From: Myxococcota bacterium
GTDB taxonomy: Bacteria > Myxococcota > UBA4151
DNA length: 13,041 nucleotides
Reading direction: 5' to 3'
Assembly: GCA_040260805.1 (NCBI GenBank)
Contig: JBDQPD010000100.1
Coordinates: 1 to 13,041 of the forward strand
Made by a program: the position numbers and the translations under genes. The notes beneath the pieces are model-generated. The model was not told the DNA's origin, did not search any database, and saw only the letters and a list, made by a program, of their open reading frames with translations. This document shows positions 8,119 to 13,041 of this stretch, in pieces; within the stretch, counting starts at the first letter, position 1; each line of letters begins with the position of its first letter.

Positions 8119-9284
8119 ATCTTCGAGCCAACGATGCGGTTCTTGTTGCCGCTAAACGGACCGCTATTGGTCGTGCCTTTAAAGGGAGCTTAGTGGGGCA
8201 CCGCGGCGATGATCTCGCAGCTTTGGCGATTCGAGCGGCGCTCGCTGACGTCCCAGGACTTGAACCTTCTCAGGTCGAAGACCTGATCTTAGGCTGCGCT
8301 CAGCCAGCCGGTGAACAAGGTTACAATATGGCGCGGCCGGTGACCCTTTTAGCGGGGCTAAATCAGGCCGCGGGTACCACGGTCAATCGCTACTGTGCGT
8401 CGTCTCTGCAGGCGCTTAGAATGGCTTTTCATGCGATTCGAGCGGGTGAGGCTCATGTGCAAGTTGCTGCAGGTGTAGAAGCGATCAGTCGCTATGCGCA
8501 CGGCAAAGCGGACGGTATGGAGGGCACTAAAAATGAGCGCTTCAGCCAAGCCGAAACGGAGCTTCCGGACGTCTATCTAGCGATGGGCGAAACCGCTGAG
8601 CGTGTCGCGGACACCTTTGAGGTCAGTCGAGATCAGATGGACGACTATGCGCTCGAGAGTCAGCGTCGCGCCGGGGCAGCGATTAAGGACGGGGTTTTTG
8701 AGCGTGAGATCGTCCCCGTTACGCTCGCCGATGGCCGCGTTTTCGACCGCGACGAATCGCCTCGTCCAAGCACAACCCGAGACGGCTTGGCGGGCCTGAG
8801 AACTGTTTTTCGGGAACAAGGACGGGTGACCGCAGGGAACGCCTGCCCGCTCAACGATGGAGCGGCGGCGACGGTGGTCATGAGCGGGCGACGAGTCCAG
8901 GAGCTTGAGATCCAACCACGGGCTCGAATTATCGCCTCTGCTGTGAGCGCTGTTGATCCCACGCTCATGGGGGTCGGACCGATCGAGTCCACGCGTCGTG
9001 TGTTAGCCCTTGCGGGCATGACGATGGCGGACGTCGACAGCGTCGAACTCAATGAGGCTTTTGCAGCCCAAGTGATCCCGAGCATGGAGGCTCTTGATAT
9101 TCCTCACGAGCGACTCAATGTGCGCGGGGGAGCGCTCGCTTTAGGGCATCCTTTTGGCATGACTGGTGCACGTTTAGTGACCACGTTACTGCACACTCTT
9201 GAAGACCAAGATCTAGAGATCGGGCTTGCGACTTTATGCGTCGGCGGTGGTCAAGGGATGGCGCTTCTTCTCCAACGCTTATAG
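8115..9284 (+). CDS. Thiolase (acetyl-CoA C-acyltransferase), resembling the actinobacterial FadA3 (Rv1074c) subgroup
   Basis: 389 aa; IGRAFKGSL, catalytic Cys in TTVNRYCASSLQ, MAFHAI, LPDVYLAMGETAE, TAGNACPLNDGAAA, NEAFA, GHPFGMTGAR, CVGGGQGMA; ATGA overlap with fadD3. Confidence 0.92.
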   Translation: MNLRANDAVLVAAKRTAIGRAFKGSLVGHRGDDLAALAIRAALADVPGLEPSQVEDLILGCAQPAGEQGYNMARPVTLLAGLNQAAGTTVNRYCASSLQALRMAFHAIRAGEAHVQVAAGVEAISRYAHGKADGMEGTKNERFSQAETELPDVYLAMGETAERVADTFEVSRDQMDDYALESQRRAGAAIKDGVFEREIVPVTLADGRVFDRDESPRPSTTRDGLAGLRTVFREQGRVTAGNACPLNDGAAATVVMSGRRVQELEIQPRARIIASAVSAVDPTLMGVGPIESTRRVLALAGMTMADVDSVELNEAFAAQVIPSMEALDIPHERLNVRGGALALGHPFGMTGARLVTTLLHTLEDQDLEIGLATLCVGGGQGMALLLQRL

Positions 9285-9306
9285 GCTGAGCGCGGAGAAC
9301 CCCCTG

Positions 9307-9804
9307 ATGCGACTCATTATTTTAAGTCTCTTTGCGTTCGCCGCTTGTGGCGATGAGCCCCCTTTCCCCGAAGATTACCAGACGAGCTGGCGTGAGGTCA
9401 TGACCTGCACAGAAGGATCCGTTCATGGCGGTGAATCGATTCGGATTTTCGTCAATCAGACCGCTCAGCCGACCTGGGTCGATTGGGCAGAGCGTGTCGA
9501 AGCCTCCGGAAATGGCGTGCTCCCGCCGGGCGAGATGATCTCGTTTGAGCCCGGCGCCGTGCTGCTCAAGGCGCAGTATGCAAATTCGACCTGCTCATCG
9601 TTGACGCGTTGGACGATGATGACGCGCCTTGAGGCCGGAGGCGATACGGCCCAAGGAAATTGGCGATGGGAGACTATTGTACCCGACGATGAGGGGCAGC
9701 CTCAGGAGCCCGCTGCCGGCGGCGATGGCTGCTTCAGCTGCCATCAAAATTACCGCAGAACAGACTATGCAGGGAACTCGCCGGCGCCGCCTCAGGTTCC
9801 GTAA
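9307..9804 (+). CDS. Cytochrome P460 / c'-beta family c-type cytochrome, predicted lipoprotein
   Basis: 165 aa from ATG 9307 (GGAG at 9294-9297). Signal peptide MRLIILSLFAFAA-C (lipobox Cys14); a single C-terminal CxxCH (CFSCH, 9730-9744); P460-like blocks FPEDYQTSW, IRIFVN, FEPGAVLLK, MMTR...GNWRW. Confidence 0.75.
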   Translation: MRLIILSLFAFAACGDEPPFPEDYQTSWREVMTCTEGSVHGGESIRIFVNQTAQPTWVDWAERVEASGNGVLPPGEMISFEPGAVLLKAQYANSTCSSLTRWTMMTRLEAGGDTAQGNWRWETIVPDDEGQPQEPAAGGDGCFSCHQNYRRTDYAGNSPAPPQVP

Positions 9805-10697
9805 ACGGGTTCCGAAGCCGGTTGTTGATCGATGAGTTGAGTGACTGCGGCATCGAGCTCTTCGGCTTGCCAACGTCGCTCGATGTCGATCTGAGCGCCT
9901 CGAGACCAACCACCTGTCAGCGCGATCAGCCCGCCCTCGATTTCGAAGCTTCGTCCGGTGACTTGTGCTGAGGATGCGCTGCACAGATAAACGACCAATG
10001 GGCTGATGTTTGCAGGGTCCATACGATCAAAACCTTGATCTGGCTTCGCCATCATCTCGGCGAAGACGGCTTCGGTCATGCGTGTCCGAGCGGCTGGTGC
10101 GATCACGTTTGAGGTGATCCCATAGCGCTCGAGTTCAGCGGCTTGGACCAAGGTCAGTCCGAGGATAGCTGCCTTCGCTGCGCTGTAGGCAGATTGACCC
10201 ACCGAGCCGCGCAAGCCTGCTCCTGAGCTGGTGTTGATAATGCGCGCATCGACGGCTTGACCGGCTTTGGCTTGGCTTCGCCAATACTGAGCAGCGGCTC
10301 GGCTCAGCGCCATGTGACCGCGTAAGTGAACGTTGATCACCGCATCCCATTCGTCGTCGGTGCAGGATACAAACATTCGATCCCGAACAAAGCCGGCGTT
10401 GTTGACCACCGCATGAACTGCTCCAAAATGCTCAATCGTCTGTCTGACGAGGTCCTTCATGGCGTCGCTGTCGGTGACGTCTGCAGCGTTAGCGATCGCC
10501 TGTCCGCCGGCGGCTAGGATCGCCGCCACCACATCGTCGGCGGGTTTGCTGCTCAGACCTTGGCCATGGTTTGAGGTGCCTAGGTCGTTGACTACGACCT
10601 TTGCGCCCGCAGCAGCTAGCGCCAGCGCATGTTCCCGACCAATACCGGCACCTGCGCCGGTGACGATCACCACTCGGTCCTGACAAAGCTGCGTCAT
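9792..10697 (-). CDS. Short-chain dehydrogenase/reductase, Rv3548c-like (probable NAD-dependent 3-hydroxyacyl-CoA dehydrogenase of the HIP pathway)
   Basis: 301 aa from ATG 10697 (GGAGG RBS 6 nt upstream). RVVIVTGAGAGIGREHALA, VVVNDLG, NNAGFVRDRM, DARIINTSSGAGL, YSAAK, IAPAARTRMTEAVFAEMMAKP and C-terminal PVYG closely resemble Rv3548c as remembered. Confidence 0.9.
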   Translation of the reverse strand: MTQLCQDRVVIVTGAGAGIGREHALALAAAGAKVVVNDLGTSNHGQGLSSKPADDVVAAILAAGGQAIANAADVTDSDAMKDLVRQTIEHFGAVHAVVNNAGFVRDRMFVSCTDDEWDAVINVHLRGHMALSRAAAQYWRSQAKAGQAVDARIINTSSGAGLRGSVGQSAYSAAKAAILGLTLVQAAELERYGITSNVIAPAARTRMTEAVFAEMMAKPDQGFDRMDPANISPLVVYLCSASSAQVTGRSFEIEGGLIALTGGWSRGAQIDIERRWQAEELDAAVTQLIDQQPASEPVYGT

Positions 10698-10758
10698 CTC
10701 GTTCCTCCGATGACCCATGTCCTGCGGTAGGCTCGCTCGCCTGGCAAGTGGCGACACC

Positions 10759-10794
10759 TTGTCGATTCGCTAGACCTCGCCCATGGTCGGCTTA
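10759..10794 (+). promoter_or_regulatory. Possible leaderless promoter for the Rv3549c-like SDR
   Basis: TTGTCG (10759-10764), 17 nt, CATGGT (10782-10787), 6 nt, ATG (10794); no Shine-Dalgarno before the ATG. Confidence 0.3.
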
Positions 10795-11555
10795 TGAGCG
10801 AGCAACGACGAGTATGGATCACCGGTGGTAGCCGAGGCATTGGCCGCGGTTTGGTCGAGGCTTTTGTCGAGGCTGATTATGCGGTCTTTACCTGCGCACG
10901 TCGACCGCCCACTCAAGCCTTACCCGAAGGGGTCGGCTTTGTTGCTGCCGATCTGCGGCAAGCCGATCAAGTTGAGGACGCCTTGAACGCTTGCGTGGAT
11001 TGGCTTGGTGGGCTGGATCTCTTGATCAATAATGCTGGGGGCAGCCCGATGGTCCCAGCCGATCAAGCATCGGCCAGTTTTTCGACCAAGATTGTGCAGC
11101 TCAACCTCTTAGCACCTTTGCACTGCGCCACGGCGGCGCATCGGCTCATGAGCGATCAGCCTAGCGGCGGAAACATCATCAACATCGCCTCGGTTAGCGG
11201 CCTTAGGCCCTCTCCTCAGACCGCGGTGTACGGAGCGGCTAAAGCGGGCTTGATTCATTTGAGTCAGAGTTTAGCGATCGAGTGGGCGCCGAAGATCCGT
11301 GTGAATGCGGTGGCGCTTGGCTTTGTCCGTACTCCAGATAGCTTAGAGCATTATGGAGACGAAGAGGGGATCGAGCGCGTGGCAAAGACCGTTCCCTTAG
11401 AGCGCATGGCGACCCCTAAAGACTTGGCAGCGCTGTGCCTTTACTTGGATTCGCCGGGCGCTGCGTACCTAACCGGGGCGTGTGTTCCGCTTCATGGTGG
11501 CGGAGAAGCGCCGAGCTTTCTGTCGGCGGCTAATGCGGTTGAGCCACCACTTTAG
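10794..11555 (+). CDS. Short-chain dehydrogenase/reductase, Rv3549c-like
   Basis: 253 aa; ITGGSRGIG, TCARR (basic residue suggests NADP(H)), INNAGGSP, KIVQLNLLAPL, SVSGLRPSPQTAVYGAAKAGL, LAIEWAPKIRVNAV, VAKTVPL, HGGGEAP resemble Rv3549c. Confidence 0.9.
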   Translation: MSEQRRVWITGGSRGIGRGLVEAFVEADYAVFTCARRPPTQALPEGVGFVAADLRQADQVEDALNACVDWLGGLDLLINNAGGSPMVPADQASASFSTKIVQLNLLAPLHCATAAHRLMSDQPSGGNIINIASVSGLRPSPQTAVYGAAKAGLIHLSQSLAIEWAPKIRVNAVALGFVRTPDSLEHYGDEEGIERVAKTVPLERMATPKDLAALCLYLDSPGAAYLTGACVPLHGGGEAPSFLSAANAVEPPL

Positions 11556-13041
11556 CGCAGTTTGCTGGCACCTTGGCGTCGATCGACTGCCCCTTAGTGT
11601 CCGAGTCAAAGACGCCGGGTACAAACCAACACATCGTCAGTAAGTCCTCATCGGATAGCGCTTTATTTTGGGTTCGCATCTGACCGGTGTTGTCGCTGAT
11701 TGGATGCGCAAAGATCGTCGTTTCTTTGCGCGCCAAATGTTCCAGCGCCACCGACTGGTTACGGATTTGGCTCAGGCTCATCCGGTTTTCGTTGTAACCC
11801 GCTAAGCCGTTGGATGTGGTGTGCGGGTCCGCTGTGAGCGACGACCAATGGTAATCTCGAGGACGCCATTCTCCAGTTCTCATCTCCTCGATCAACTCTT
11901 CAAGGATCGGCGTCCATTGGAAGTAAGCCGATGTGATGCAATGATCGGCCGAGAACCGGCAGGTGTCCTTGGCGTTGTAGCCGATGGTCATCACGGGAAA
12001 GCCGCCTTTGCTGTTGGCTTCACCTGCGATTTCAATCGGTACCGGTGTGTCGGTGCCGCCGTGGATCACGTCAACGCCCAGTTCGATCAGCTCATTGGTG
12101 GCTACCGCCTCAAGTTTGGGAGCGGACCACTTATGCATCCAGCGCACATAGACCTTGGCCTCGGGCAGCACATCACGAGCCCCGAGCGTAAACGCATTAA
12201 TCCCGCGCACGGTCTCTGGGATCGCAACCGGCGCGACCATTCCGAGCTTACCGCTGTGCGAGACCATCGCAGCAGCTCGGCCAGCCAACCACATGCTCTG
12301 ATACATGCGCGTAAAATAGCTCCCGAGATTCGCTGTGTGTTTAAAACCACCTACGACCAGAAAGTTAACTTTGGGATACCGGGTTGCAGCGATCTTGGCG
12401 TGATCGAGGAAGTCATGGCTGGTGGCGATGATGATGTTGGCACCCGCCGACACAAACTCATCGACGACCTCAGGCAGCTTGGGTGGAATGACCGCAGCTT
12501 TTGAGAGCGTCCGGAGCCCGAGTTTCGCCTCGATCTCTTTTCGGCTTTGTTCATGCACCCAGGTCCATCCGTGGTCGCCGACCGGTCCAATATGGATAAA
12601 ACCAAGGACGGGTTGATTGTTCAGCTTGGCGGCGGTGACAAAGACGCAGACTCCGTCGCTGCATGTAGAGCGCCCATCATGCGGGCATGGCTCAGATTCA
12701 CCGCAACGCTGCGAGCAGCGGTTGAGATGACACACCTCGCTGCGGCACTCCTGATCGTTTTGACAGTACCCCCCTCTGGGCGTTTTCGGTCCCCCTTGGA
12801 CGGTCTCAATCGCTTTGGCGCCATGCTCGCCAAGGTCGCAGGCTAAAATAGCGACCTGCTTGATTTGAACCCCATACATCATCACCCCAAGCAAGCTCAG
12901 CAAGATGGTGGTTCGTCGGTTCGCCCATGGGAATTTCAGCGCGCTTTTGGGCTCAGGGGCCGGTGCTGTGAGCGCCGCTGAGCGGTTTTGAGCGATGGCT
13001 TCGGAGTCCTGAATTGCCTTGATCTTAGCCAGATACAGTTC
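11530..13041 (-). CDS. Multidomain protein, 5'-truncated by the window edge: N-terminal region, Pro/Ala linker, probable TM helix, Cys-rich module and BMP-family (PnrA/TmpC-like) solute-binding domain
   Basis: The frame has no stop from 11530 to 13041 (503 sense codons in the window). Residues upstream of the ORF-track start read ELYLAKIKAIQDSEAIAQNRSAALTAPAPEPKSALKFPWANRRTTI. BMP motifs: GFIHIGPVGDHGWTWVHE, GANIIIATS, YQSMWLAGRAAA, KLGMVAPVAIPETVRGINAFTLGA, LIELGVDVI, MCWFVPGV. Confidence 0.85.
   Translation of the reverse strand, partial: ELYLAKIKAIQDSEAIAQNRSAALTAPAPEPKSALKFPWANRRTTILLSLLGVMMYGVQIKQVAILACDLGEHGAKAIETVQGGPKTPRGGYCQNDQECRSEVCHLNRCSQRCGESEPCPHDGRSTCSDGVCVFVTAAKLNNQPVLGFIHIGPVGDHGWTWVHEQSRKEIEAKLGLRTLSKAAVIPPKLPEVVDEFVSAGANIIIATSHDFLDHAKIAATRYPKVNFLVVGGFKHTANLGSYFTRMYQSMWLAGRAAAMVSHSGKLGMVAPVAIPETVRGINAFTLGARDVLPEAKVYVRWMHKWSAPKLEAVATNELIELGVDVIHGGTDTPVPIEIAGEANSKGGFPVMTIGYNAKDTCRFSADHCITSAYFQWTPILEELIEEMRTGEWRPRDYHWSSLTADPHTTSNGLAGYNENRMSLSQIRNQSVALEHLARKETTIFAHPISDNTGQMRTQNKALSDEDLLTMCWFVPGVFDSDTKGQSIDAKVPANCAKVVAQPH

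Noticed and set aside
9226..9306. Upstream TTG start for the cytochrome gene
   Set aside because: Overlaps the thiolase 3' end and would bury the signal peptide; ATG 9307 has a GGAG RBS and begins a lipoprotein signal.
9801..9814. AACGGGTT core resembling a second KstR box
   Set aside because: Lacks the flanking T and A of the consensus and lies in coding sequence at a convergent junction.
10698..10757. 20-codon N-terminal extension of the Rv3548c-like SDR
   Set aside because: GGAGG RBS precedes ATG 10697, where the Rossmann-fold similarity begins.
11821..12504. Plus-strand 227-aa ORF
   Set aside because: Entirely antisense to the BMP-domain gene, with no motifs; long shadow ORFs are expected at this GC content.
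1..13041. CRISPR arrays, tRNA/rRNA genes, IS elements, long repeats, intrinsic terminators; other short ORFs in the track
   Set aside because: None seen by eye; the window is almost entirely covered by the listed genes and the remaining short ORFs are nested in or antisense to them.

Overview
Densely coding bacterial window (by eye roughly 58-60% GC) dominated by a steroid C/D-ring (HIP, hexahydroindanone propanoate) catabolic cluster homologous to the actinobacterial KstR2 regulon and the Comamonas scd genes. A minus-strand, translationally coupled operon runs echA20-ipdA-ipdB-ipdC-echA13-fadE31-fadE32-fadA6, with fadA6 cut by the left edge and absent from the ORF track. It diverges from a plus-strand unit: fadD3 (HIP-CoA ligase), a FadA3-like thiolase and a cytochrome P460-family lipoprotein. 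A divergent pair of SDRs follows (Rv3548c-like and Rv3549c-like). At the right edge is a 5'-truncated protein with a probable membrane anchor, a Cys-rich module and a BMP-family solute-binding domain. Main points of interest: (1) the 73-bp echA20/fadD3 gap has a perfect KstR-type palindrome (TnnAACnnGTTnnA) rather than the KstR2 box expected for these genes; (2) neighbouring genes and frequent TTA codons suggest a non-actinobacterial, possibly Myxococcota-like host; (3) a P460-type c-heme lipoprotein sits inside the steroid cluster. All family and ortholog calls come from motif recognition and remembered sequences, not database searches.
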